Assembly (NCBI GenBank): GCA_025594325.1
Contig: JANHCV010000009.1
Span: forward strand, 1,116,001-1,180,000
Origin: Blastocladiella emersonii ATCC 22665
Taxonomy: Eukaryota; Fungi; Blastocladiomycota
Direction: 5' to 3'
DNA length: 64,000 nt
Shown: positions 12,101 to 22,362 of the stretch, piece by piece
Numbering within the stretch: the stretch's first letter is position 1
How the letters are laid out: the number at the start of each line of letters is the position of its first letter
Program-made: the position numbers and the translations under genes
Notes under the pieces: model-generated
Seen by the model: only the letters and a program-made list of their open reading frames with translations
Database searches by the model: none
What the model was told of the DNA's origin: nothing

Positions 12101-12741
12101 TCGGCGGACCAGTCGCACGCGAGCCACACCTTCCAGCACCGGCGAACGGCGCACATCGTGGCGTCGTCGAGCACGCGGACTTGGGCATTCTCGCGGGTCC
12201 ACTCGGCGTCGAGACACGAGCGCATCTGCTCGAGCCAGTACTCGCGCGTCGCGGGCTCGAGCAGGAGCGAGTAGTACAGCTGGCCAATGTGGCGCGTGAG
12301 AGCAGCCTTGCCGGCGGCGCCGCGCTCGGCGACCGCGTGCAGGACGAGCAGGTTGCGCGCGAGGACCTCGGGGTGCGTGTCGTGGAGCACAAACGCAAAA
12401 TCGACGCTGCGGGCATACTTGCGCTTGGCCTCGTCGATGGTGCGCGCCACGTTGCGCAGGTCGCCGCACTGGAAGAGCAGCGCGTCGATGCGCTTGAAGC
12501 CGCGCGGGTCGTGGTACAGGAACAGGTCGCGCGAGTACGAGCGGCCGTAGGCGTAGTAAGGATCGGCCAGCTCGTCGATGGAGAAAGCAGGCGACGGGTC
12601 CACGGGCGCTGTGTCGGGCTCGGCGGCGGTCCCAGCGGACGAGGCCTGCGGGTCGACCGCCGCGACAGGCTTCTCGCCGGGCCGGACGGGAGCCTGGCTC
12701 TTGGCACCGCGTTTGCGGTTAGTTTTATTCTTTAGCTTCAT
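9148..12741 (-). CDS. Large DUF4470-type protein (~1200 aa)
   Basis: YYAYGRSYSRDL, LLFQCGDLRNV, FVLHDTHPEVLARNLLVL, RFNVIETGSLMDTCGLLNLLVHASPLL match my recollection of fungal DUF4470 proteins. ATG at 12741 is used rather than the GTG at 12813. Confidence 0.65.
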   Translation of the reverse strand: MKLKNKTNRKRGAKSQAPVRPGEKPVAAVDPQASSAGTAAEPDTAPVDPSPAFSIDELADPYYAYGRSYSRDLFLYHDPRGFKRIDALLFQCGDLRNVARTIDEAKRKYARSVDFAFVLHDTHPEVLARNLLVLHAVAERGAAGKAALTRHIGQLYYSLLLEPATREYWLEQMRSCLDAEWTRENAQVRVLDDATMCAVRRCWKVWLACDWSAEKLSQERTAHFARGCDDDGPDHVQITVDDFMANARRTYGDKFPSGAQKVKLERDLRLLLNDGAFLFTGTDEPCGRDDLEVNLTMLLAGPDGTLSFSAPFAFSPLNVFQVELDDVNGSMLRELCAYVDSLFEAFGPCSDRRHERRRDPGPLIPVSRWKEQPEPPVAAFMCRIAVIAGDPVDVMKKLTTHAQLDHPPQPVQFHWHRNQHESTQLRFNVIETGSLMDTCGLLNLLVHASPLLATHWEQGRSVIRTFTDYVYLIAGSRLDFLRRVTALPLDAFPTLLGVNLLERPTDRHWATQASRLAWSTSQVMRRGGRSREEFTFYRLATSTVSIALRESTFLIDTLVQFAEELCGPNAAALTGLPGAFSYCASSSGRISRCIRIERVAAPRGPGALLSDLLALAFASCRLTFTGAKQLTSTPWPDVRELWSAISASSSIVSSTAEIFAHAQLNGFSISVGETAGDTRLYRVEGLVDRSLVSSAAEVNPLSAMVLEIACGSAVHQFRSPTVEPFGDGGGDVDQVRVSAYAPRFIVETCPGDLDARVRFDHGPAHLAATDEQPIPLASVSATKVPAGSRTEVTSSVAKYAVATRFACYNDGMILPTASPLLPAISAVETSDTITLTLTLPPAHARAPVARAGEEETALTHGGVALTVGGKMQAMMLPCRIVTQSLTQHPRQGTVKLVLAKDLSPILDQAGYYFSLIACNADHSDTYAAGKMGRPDQHAAILALRHAVKDEEFAAVEGIRGDIRTFREDTIPTLPPDEEARFLRVTIARLFHAYARGVRVVEFALAGMSRAMLSVVLLLNRMAVIPPADASRAHTPVLDVSFMPHPLMSPRCSHRPKPPGASEEMMSMVATKLPRVRGAGSAASRVLHIEIPVTCISCLINVFDHIARAAPDQRVFNDCGLDAHFFSHLQPHLSRCHLMPIYPVHGTQYHVTIPPPPPTPTLAAAAAAFGVASARGKRRDTAVEVDDDGLDARIVELD

Positions 12742-12943
12742 GGTAGTGAGGGATGCCGGTGCGACAAGGGGAGCGCGGGCGGCGGCCGTGAGAGCAGCGG
12801 CGCTCGGAGTCACCGAAACTCTGACTCGATCCTTTAGCGCGGCGAGCGTGACATGTCCAACGCGTCACCGAGCCGTTCGCGGCGCCAAACTGATAAACTG
12901 CGCTAATGCATGTATTGTGGCGAACTATGAATAGATGGGGCTC

Positions 12944-14849
12944 TCAGTTGATCAATTGATCGAAAAACTGAAAATTGGCCGCCTCGGCGCGGGCCAGCAG
13001 CTTGAACCGCTCGCTCGGGTCTTCGCCCGCGAAGCCCGGCGCGTCCGGATCGCACAGCCAGACAAACTCGCGCTTCCACTTGCCGCTCGCCCAGTCGTCG
13101 ACCCACTCGAGGTACGTGGGCGGCGCCCAGCGGCCGCGCGCGATCATGCGATACTCGTGGCGGATGTCCGGCTGGACGTCGGGCACCAGCGCGGTCGAGA
13201 CCAGGAACGCGGACGTGGCCGCTTCGATGACCGCGCGCACGCGCGCCGGATCCGGGTGCTGCTCGGCGAGATCGAGCATGGCCGGGAGCAAGCTCACGGC
13301 CTGCATGTGGTCCGACGGCGTGAGCATGCGGAGCTGCTTGGGCTTGGTGAGTTTCGCAAACTCGATCACGAGCACGGCGCCAAACGGCACGTTCTGCGCG
13401 CGGAACGAGAGCCGCGGGCTGAGTCGACGCGGCGCGCCGCCAGGGCGCTCCTCGTAGTAGTTCGAGGGCTCGGAGAAAAGCATGCCCGCAAGCATGTCCG
13501 GGAAGAGCCACCCGCGCGTGACCTGCGAGACGAGCATTGACGGCGTGACGCGGCACGAAAAAAAGAACCGCGGCCCAACTGGCGCGGCGTAGAACTTGAC
13601 AAAGACAAGCAGATGGTCGACCGTGTACCGCTTGACGAGCGCTTTGGGAACAGAGGGCGAGCCCCGAATCAAGTCGTCTGCTGGATCGGCCGTGGTCATG
13701 CAGATTGCTGGCGCGCACACGAGGCGAAGCACTGGAGGCGAAGCGGTTCCGCCAGCAGGAAGGTCGGCGCCGGTTCCGGCGGCGACAACGTTCGAAAGCT
13801 TCGGCTTTTTGCCCTTGCCCTTGGCCTTGCCCAGCAAGAGTCGCTTTGCGTTGGACCCGCTGTCACTGGCAGCGACGAGCTGCGCAAGAGTAAGCTTGGG
13901 GTCGTGGAGAAGACCATCGGCCGATACACGAAGGTCCGTCCCCACGCCGCCGCTCGGGAGCCGCCAATACAACGGTTTCATCGTCGAAACGGCGATGGGA
14001 CTGAGCATTGTGGCTTCAAAAGCAGCCTTGGCCGCGCCCCACGTCGTATCGGCGGAAAAGACCGCCGTGTAGTGGGCAGGATACGTGTCCGAGTCAAAGT
14101 CCCAGATCCCGGGCCCAGCGTACATCGGACTGAGCGAAATGGTCGACACGACGTCTACGAGAATGGTGGGAGCGCCGGGGAGAATGCCAGGCATCTCCGT
14201 GCACGGGTGATAGCGGTAGAGCGGTCCGTTGGTCGAGCCGCACGGCGCCGGAAGCAGGTGGAACGAAGGAAGGCCGTGCTCGTCAAGATCGCGCACGAGA
14301 TCGTGGTGAAGCTCAGGCATCGGTGCCGAAGACGCGGGCTCTTGAATCGCTGAGTGGGACGGGGATTTGGGAGCGCCGGCAGGAGTTTCAAGAATCGACC
14401 AAACAATCAATTCCATGGCGTGACCTGGGTGGTCTTTGAAGGTAAGCGTGGTTTCACAGCCTGTGCCCGTGGAGCTCTCGACGATCATCTTCGCCTGCTG
14501 ATAAAAGTTTGTCGCGAGCAGAGTAACGTGCTCTACTTCCATTTGCGTCAAGTGCGTGCGCGAAGCGTCAGGATGATTTTCCCAGATGGCTTTCACAAGC
14601 GCGATAATTCCGATGTTGTGGTCGGCCTCGAAATCAACGTCAACTACCACACGAGTTGACGAAGTTGGCGGAGCATCAAGGCAAGCAGCATGAGCAGAGC
14701 TGGTCGGTTCGGCCGGTCGGGCGCCCGCGTCGCGAGGTTCGACCTGAGGGGTCGGCGGAGCATCATGTCGAACGCGCTCGTCCAAAGCAGGAGCGGAGTT
14801 GGTCGGTTCGACCGGTTGGATGTCCGCATCAACAGGTTTGACTTGAGAA
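12944..14849 (-). pseudogene. Modular family copy 1, 3' half (variable domain, UBL-like region, C-domain), cut off by the transposon
   Basis: HHDLVRDLDEHGLPSFHLLPAPCG, VFSADTTW, LLVFVKFYAAPVGPRF, YYEERPGGAPRRLSPRLSFR, EYRMIARGRWAPP shared with the other copies. Confidence 0.85.
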
Positions 14850-16100
14850 CACCCCTGCGGGTCGGCTTGCGGTGAACATCGCTCCACCGCACCGATTTTT
14901 ATCGGTCCGCCCCTCCCCGCTGAAAACGCATCCTTGCATTGCATTTTCACGCACTCCAAACCCCTAGATAAAAATCAGAGCTCCCTCACTCGATAAAAAC
15001 GCAGTCTGTGGATGCATAAAAATCGATTATGCGGTCCCCTGAAGAGCGAAAAAAAAGCGCTGGGCGCGTCGCCCAGCGCGCGATTCGATTTTCAGTGAAC
15101 TTAGTGTATTGTGAAGAAACACGCTCAAAACGGGCAGTCACTCACGCGCCGACGTGTTACCAGGAGCCGAATGCGCCAGCGCCTTAGTGTCTCGAGTTCC
15201 AGATTGGGTGAGTGATGGCGCGCGAGTCAGGAGGGCGAAACTGGAGCGGATGTGTTTGAGGCCTCTGTCAGCAGATCGTACTGAGCGTTGTTGGGCGGGA
15301 GCAAGGAAAACGTACAGGGTGAGAAACCTCTTGGTCATGACGAAGCGGGCGCACTGAGTACTTGACTGAGCAGAGCCCATGGCCTACTGAGTTAGCGCGA
15401 GACGTACCGTATTCCAACGCGTGGTCACTGCTTGAGCTTGGGCTGAAACGAGAGCATACGAGTTTCGGGCGGATGCTGTCAGGGACGTTGTTCACTCGAA
15501 TCCGGACTGGATGAGGCGTGAAGTCGGTGAGGGCGGGGCAGCGACGTGCGCGACGGGTGGCGACGGCGGAGAGCGGGGCTGCGGCAGGCGGTGGACGGCG
15601 ATGGCGGAGTCCGAGGCAGCGGGGTGTGAGATGCAGCGGGGAGTGCAAGGCAGCGACGGGCGGCGGGTGGCGATGGCGGTGCACGAGGGAGCGTCGGGCG
15701 GCGAGTGGCGACAGCGCAGGTCGAGGCAGTACCGGTCGGACGGCAGATAGTCGGAGGCGCCAGCGGGGTGTGAGCGAACGGGAGCGAGGGCGGGTGGCGG
15801 GGGGCGAGGCGCATTTGTAGCGGGGGGCAAGCCACACGGGGCTGATCGAGCTCTGATGGCGAGCTGCAGCGCGCACGCGCGCGACCTGTCAAGCCCGTCA
15901 CGGCCCCACCGCGCGTCCTTTGCGTTTCGCGCGCGCGAGGTCGGCGTCGCACCCCACGTCGAGTACACCCGCTCTCTCCTGTGAATACTCCCTGCACACA
16001 CAAAATATACCATGAAACGTTATACTGGATCAAATGAAAGTCAAGTCTGCTGCACGGTGCCGCTCTGCGAATCGTGAGGACCAGGCGGTCAGCGCCATGA

Positions 16101-17600
16101 TCACCGCCCGCTCGCCGTCCGCTTGCTCCGACGGAGAGGCTGCTTGGGCGGCGCGGGCTGCTCGGGCTCGGCGTCCTCCATCTCTTGGTCCTCCTCCTCG
16201 GCCAGGACCGTGCGACGGGCAGCGGCGCTCTTCTTGCTACCGCTCGACTTCCCGCCGCCCTGCTTGCCGCCACCCGTGCTGCGACCCGTCGAGCCAACGT
16301 ACTCGGTAGCTGACGCGCCCGCGCGGCCATGCTTCCCGCCGGTCACGCTTGAGCCGGCACCCCCGCCCCGCACCTGGCTCTCGTCGCTGTCGCTGTCACT
16401 GTCGCTGCTCGACTTGGCAATCTCGCTGTCGCCGTCGGACTCGGCAATCTCGGACGCGCGAGCGCCTGCTGCCGTGTGACGACGCTTGCGCGGTGGCTGC
16501 GCCTGCTCCTCGTCGTCGTCCTCGTCGTCGTCGCGGCCCTGCTCGACCTCCTCGTCATCCACATCTTCGTCGTCGCCTCGGGTCAGCTCGCTGCTGCTGC
16601 CACGACGACTCGGTGACGACGCGAACAGGCGACGCGGCGTTCCGGTCGTAGCGGGCGGCGGCAGCGGAGGGTGAGACGCTGCGAGTTGAGCCAAACGACG
16701 TGGCGAGAGCACGCCGTGCCCCATGACACGCGGAAACCGCTGCGGCCGCCGCTTCCTGCGACACACCACGAGCCGATCGCGAATCACCGGCCGTGCGCGG
16801 GTTGCTGGGCGCCTGGGTGGTGGCTAGTTGAGTGGTGGTCACACGCTCGATCCGCTGCGCGAGCCATGAATTCGCGCCGCCTAAAAGTTGAGCGAGGGCG
16901 ACCGAAGCGTCAGAATCTGGAACAATCGCGCCGCGTACATGCACAGCCACGAACGCACCCGCGCCAACACGTGTAGCTGTCCCATGCGCCGCCGATCCCG
17001 TACGCGCTGATCCCGCGTTGGACTGGGACTCGCCGCTTGCACCACGGTCCGTCCCGTCGCGCGCACGTGGATCGCGGTGGTTGCTGACGACTTTGGCCAC
17101 GTCGCCGATCCCCGCGATCACGTCTTCGCTGGACGGGATCATGTCGGCCGTGGTCTGGCCGATGCGGAAGTCGAGCGCCTTCAACGCCGCCTTGAAGTCG
17201 CTTGTGCTGAGCGCGCCCGGTGCGACGAGCTGCTTGTGGATATCGACCAAGATCTTGTCGAACTTGATGAGCGCCTTCTGGTGCTCAACACCGCCGCGGC
17301 CGGTCATGACCTTGACGATCTTTTCGAGGTCGTCAAATTTGGTCGACGACTTGACCGACCCCTTCTTGACCACCTCGTCAAACTTGCCGTTGTTGATGGA
17401 CTTGTTGAAGACGTAGCGCTACAGGAATCGTTGAGAGTGATGAGCAGCTGATTCTGCGCGGTCCCCAAAGGAATCCGTACCACGGCCGCGGCCTGCCACA
17501 GCAGCGAGTGGTCGAACGCCTCGGGTAGCCGATGGTTGTTGAAATCGGTAACGTGGATCGTCTCGAGGGCAGCGTTGCGGACGTGAATGAAGACCTTGCG
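16101..17600 (-). other. Additional exons inside the transposon, encoding a helical domain and an acidic/basic low-complexity tail
   Basis: GT..AG-bounded segments; RYVFNKSINNGKFDEVVKKG..LDFRIGQ and a D/E/S-rich tail with PPRKRRH. No family recognised. Confidence 0.4.
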
Positions 17601-20190
17601 GTAGACTGCAATCGTTGGTTCGAAGCCATTCGCAGCTGGGAGAATCTAGAAATGGGACTGACATGCGTAAGCTACAGAACGGCGCACAGGGAGCAGCGCA
17701 TCGCACCTGGTCCGTGATGAAGGAGATGCCGTGGGGCGGTTTCTCCTGCGGCGCGGGCTGGCCGTCGGACGGGTTGTGGCTGGCAACGGCCTCGCGCGTC
17801 ACGCGCGGGTCGCGCGGGTCGGCGATCGTGTGCACAGGTGGCGGTGGTGGTGGAGAAGCTGCTGCGCACGACGCGGCACCTTTCTTGCCATGCTTCTTCC
17901 CCTTGCGCGAGGTGTCGGCCTTGACGAGGCACGTACGGCAGCGGTAGGCGCCGGTGAGCGAGGCGAGACTCGCGACCATGGCGAGCTTGGGCGCGTCGCC
18001 CAGGACGTAGCCACAGCGGCCCACGAGCACGACCTTCTTGCCCTGCGGGTCGACGGCGAGGATGCCGCGCTCGACCTTGTCCTTGAAGTCGGCGATGATC
18101 TTCTGGGCGAGGTGCAGCGGCTCGACGCCCTTGGCCGCCGCGATGAACACACACAAGTCGGGGCAGTAGTTGATGGATGCGGGCACGTTGCCGAGGTGAT
18201 ACTGAGCGACCTCGAACTTGTTGTTGCGCTTCGACGTGTTGCCCGTCGTCTCGTCGGCCCACTTGCCGATCACGATGGGCAGGACGGGGATACCGCCGTT
18301 CTCCATGGACAGCTGCCGCGCGTGATGGACCGCGTTCTCCTGGCGCTGGCGCTCCTGCGAGTAGATTTTTTCCGAGCCATGAACGTCGGGATCCCATTCT
18401 CCATACACGCGAGCACTCTGAACAAGTACGACGCGAGTGGAGTGAGTATTCAGGAGTTCGCGCGGCAAGCGAGCGTCGGCGCGTACTCGAACCAGAAAGT
18501 CGAGCTCGTCGCCTTCGACCGTCGCATCAGGACGCGGATGCGGTTCATGCGGCTCGCACGGCGGGACGACGCGCTGATAAACGAGCCAGCAGCGGTTGGC
18601 GTCCATGAGATCGCGCGGATCGAATTCCCCAGTGTCGCTGCGCAGCGCCTCGATCTGCTGTCGCTGCTGCCGCTGCTGCCGCTGCCGCGGTTTCCCACGG
18701 CCACGCTTCTGCCGCTTCGGGCTCGGCGGGCGCTCGTCCTTGCGGAACTCGGTCATGATGTCGCACCGTCGCAAAAGCACGCGAACACGGGTCGGGTCGC
18801 CCTTGACGTGCTCGAGCGCGACGATACGGCCGAGGCGGCCCGAGAGACCAGGTACAGGCGCGCGCAGCATGACCACGTCGCCCACGAAGTAGGTGATGCC
18901 GCCGATCGACGTGTTGGCGGCCTTGTACCCGTAGAACAGCTCCTTGGCGCGCGGCGTGTCCATGAAGTTCTCGATCACGTCGGGGTCGGCGGAGGGCAGG
19001 AACTGGAGCTTCTCAAAGACGCCCGGGGTGGTGGCGACGAACGGCAGCGACTCGCTGATCGGGATGATCGAGAACTCGCGTGCGCCGCGCATCGGGGCCG
19101 GGAAGTGCGCGAGACGCGGGCCAAAGTCGACCTTGCGCAGCTTCTCCACCGAGTCCAGCGCTGGAACCGCGCTGCCGAGCTCGACAAGCTGCTTCGCGGT
19201 CCAGAGCGTCTTGCGTCGCAGCAGCCGGGTCATCGACGGATCAAGGTTCATAAGCCAATGCAAGAGAACGAGTTGCATGGTGACGAAGGGGAACCTGCGC
19301 TTGGGCTCCTGCACATTGCTAGAAGTCGGGGATGAGGAGGGCGGCGCCGTGGCGGTGGAGGTGGCGCCGCGATCTGCGCGCCAAACCGCGACGCGTGCGC
19401 GTGTCGGTCAGCTGATATTCCGACGCGTCTCACGCGTCTCGCAGCATGAACGCGTACGCACCTGCTTCACCCGGCATCGGCAGTTCGGAGGTAGACTCGG
19501 AAGAGGAGGAATCACACAGGCCGGAAAAGGTGTCGCTGATTTCACTGCGCGTGTCGTTGAACGTCTCGCCGCCCGCGTTGCTGCTCGACTCGTTGTGCGA
19601 CCCACTGTCCGAATGCGATACCATTTGAGCGGCGGGCACCGCATCCAAGGGGTGCGTGATGTCAAACTGCGTCGCATCAAGCTGTTCATACAGGTCGGGC
19701 AGAGCTGGCACAAAAACCACAGGAACTGCAAGTGGCGACGCGGGCACGTCAGGCTCGACGCCTGCGCCATACGGGGACAGACGAGCTGGCACAGGGATCG
19801 TCACCGCCGAGCCACTGTTGGCCAATTAGGCGTTGTTGACCTTGGTCGAGTAAGTCGTGATCGTCTCAGAGGCCTCGTAGGTGATCATCTACGCGGCGGT
19901 AGTCAGTTTTCATCATCATAATGGATTCGTTGTTGCGCGCTCGAACCCATTCCGCTGGGATGTCATAATGGCTGTGTTCCTCGCGGAGGATCTGCGCTTC
20001 CTCCGACGCAGTGAAATCTTCATGCCATTCGTCATCGTGCAGCACTTGAACAGCAGCAACATCGTCAACGACGCGGCCTGCTTCCAGCTCGCGCTGGACG
20101 TGCAGCGCAAAGTTTTCAGCGTGCTTTACCGACCTCCGATGTCGACCGAGTGCACTTGGGCTCTCAAATGTCCTTCCACCGCATACGATG
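17419..20190 (-). CDS. Transposase (truncated, multi-exon) with degenerate C2H2 finger, acidic region and BAH-like insert
   Basis: VCGGRTFESPSALGRHRRSVKH (~20180-20110); FVGDVVML..GRIVAL (BAH-like); PIVIGKWADETTGNTSKRNNKF (first catalytic Asp region); VLGDAP..YRCRTC (second Asp and CxxC). Similarity ends near 17790. Confidence 0.7.
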
Positions 20191-20481
20191 CGCTGGAACT
20201 GTAGGAGTAGGTGGTATCCACGTCAGCTACGCTGGCACTCGAGTTGCATGTAGTCAACGCAACCGGTTTCTTCATGGTAATGTGATCCAGTATCTGCCAG
20301 GGAGCGTTGCTCGAACAAGAAAAATGATTTATTCTGACATTTTATTCAAGTGGGAGACGTGGTGGGTTAGTTTTACGTGGGCTGTGGGAGACAGGGTGGG
20401 TGAACATCGGTCAAGCGGAGAGGTGAAAATCGGCCAAGCCCCTCGGGTCGATTTTCACCCCAAGCCACATCCGCAGGCGTG

Positions 20482-22036
20482 AAATCGGCGGACCATCATG
20501 GCAAGCGCGCTCGTCAAAAGCAGGAGAAGAATTCGGTGGTTCTGCCGACTGGGCGTCGGCGTCGGAGGGTTCGGCCGTGGGATTCGTGGTTGCGTCAAGA
20601 TCGAAAGCGACGCCTGTAATGTTCGGAGAGTCGTTGCATTTTTCCGTGCAAGCAGGCTCGGCCTCCTCCGAGGCGAGTTCGACCGGCGACGAAGCGTGAA
20701 CTGCGTCGCGTTCCGCGTCAAGGTCATCTGAAATCAATTGCGTTAGTCGCAGTCCGCTATTAAGCGTGTTCGAAGAATCACATACCAAGCGCATCGGGTT
20801 GGACCGCATGATCGTCCGCGGCGTCGAGAGAAGCGGAAGCAGAGCGCTCGGACACCACGCTGGCGCCATCGATTACCGCGGAACCGCGACGTGAGCTCAA
20901 AGGGCTCGGAGTCGACGAAGGAATTGCATCAAAATCGGAGTTCGCCGAGAGAGCTGGCGAGACCGGTCGCGACGACAAGCTCGGAGAGCGATCCGAATGA
21001 AGCGAGAGCGCCGGCGAGGGTAAGCGTAGCGGTGGGCTGGGTGAGCGCGTTGAAGGAAGCGTAACTGGCGCGCTGGGCGACGCGAGAGATTTGGCGGGCT
21101 CATTCTCCAAACTCCTCAGCGAGGAAGCGCCAGACCGACGGTCGTCTTCGGGCTCGGGTGCTGAATCCATAGAAAGCGCGGACGGCAACGGAGCCGGCCC
21201 AACCGGTACGAGCTCGGGATCGCAGTCGAGCACGTTGGCGCTGCCAGTCGTAGAGAAGAGATCATGGTCATCCACCGGGGGCGGAGACGAGAGCTCGGGA
21301 TCAGAAAATGACGACGGTTCGGCTTCCGCGAGGACAGGGCCTGGGAGCGCGTCGCTAGGCAGGAAGCGAGCCGGGTCCGCCGGATGCTCGAGTTCGGGGT
21401 CCACCGTCGAAGCAAGGACTGGAACTGCCGTAGCAGGGTTGGGGCGATGATGTTGTGATGGCGGCGGCGATGACCAAATGGAATACCCTTTCGAGGCAAA
21501 CTGGTCAAAGCCGACCATCCCCACCGCTACGGCACTCGACGGGTCGTGCGCTGCGTACTGGCGCAACGAAAGCACGGCAGGACGCACTCCAGCGTTCCAA
21601 ATGTCGCCCGCAGCGCCCGCTGCATCGAAACGCTCCTGCGCGCCAAGTCGAAGTGTACGCGCAAGGTCGGCGTCGATGTAGCAAAGCGCCGCGAGGTGCC
21701 AGAGCCGCTGCGGCAAGCTGAGAGCGGCGAGGTCCGTCTCGACAACGTGCAGCCACGTTGCGGGGTCCGGGTCACCAAGCGCGGTCAGAGTCGGGACGAT
21801 AAGGCGCTGCTGCGCGAAAAGCAGTAGGTCGAGATCCGAAGCAGGTGTCGAAGCGAGAGCAGCCGTTTGAGGAGGTCCGGGAACGGGTGCAGGGGGCTGA
21901 GCGTAAGATTGAGGAAGCGGGTCGAGGGTGCGTAGAACGGTGGCGCCTGGAAGCCAGGCCAACCCGGCAACGGGCCGGATGACGGGTGACCCTGGTACAG
22001 GTGCGCGTGTTGCGCCGAGTCCCAGAAAGTTTCCAT
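20482..22036 (-). pseudogene. Modular family copy 1, 5' half (Gag-like N-domain and linker); frameshift near 21925, intron 20785-20728
   Basis: METFWDSAQH.., DLDLLLFAQQRLIVPTLTALGDPDPATWLHVVETDL; joins the 3' half in frame once the transposon is removed. Confidence 0.85.
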
Positions 22037-22362
22037 TCGTTTACATGCAATGGAGGTCGAGAACCGGGTCGGGGAGGACGGAGTGAGGCTTGAGCAGCGA
22101 CCCCTGTGAAACCGAGCGACCCCCACCACGTGGGACCCGTGCGAGTGAACGACGCGGCCTGAGGCGATCGAGCGGCAACTATCCTGGTAAAAGTCTCCTC
22201 CTAGGTCGCAGAATCAATCACGCGCACGAACTGCTTCCTCGATTTCAAATCGGACGCCAACCGCACGCGGCTGCGTTTTTTTTTGGGTTGCAGCTGCACG
22301 TGGGAGCTCTCGATTGCGACCCGGCGAACGAGTGGGGTAAAACAAGTGACGAGACCATGTAT

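Larger units (their letters stand above)
14850..20481 (-). mobile_element. 5632-bp TIR DNA transposon, CMC (CACTA/Mirage/Chapaev)-like, internally rearranged
   Basis: TIRs 14850-14881 and 20449-20481 match at 27 of 33 positions and have CAC..GTG termini. AA is duplicated on both flanks. Subterminal GGTGAA(A/C)ATCG and GATAAAAATC repeats occur at both ends, and a transposase ORF lies inside. Confidence 0.85.

Noticed and set aside
14860-14959. N-terminus MECVKMQCK.. as the native start of a 671-aa gene
   Set aside because: This sequence is the transposon terminus; the native 5' half lies at 20482-22036.
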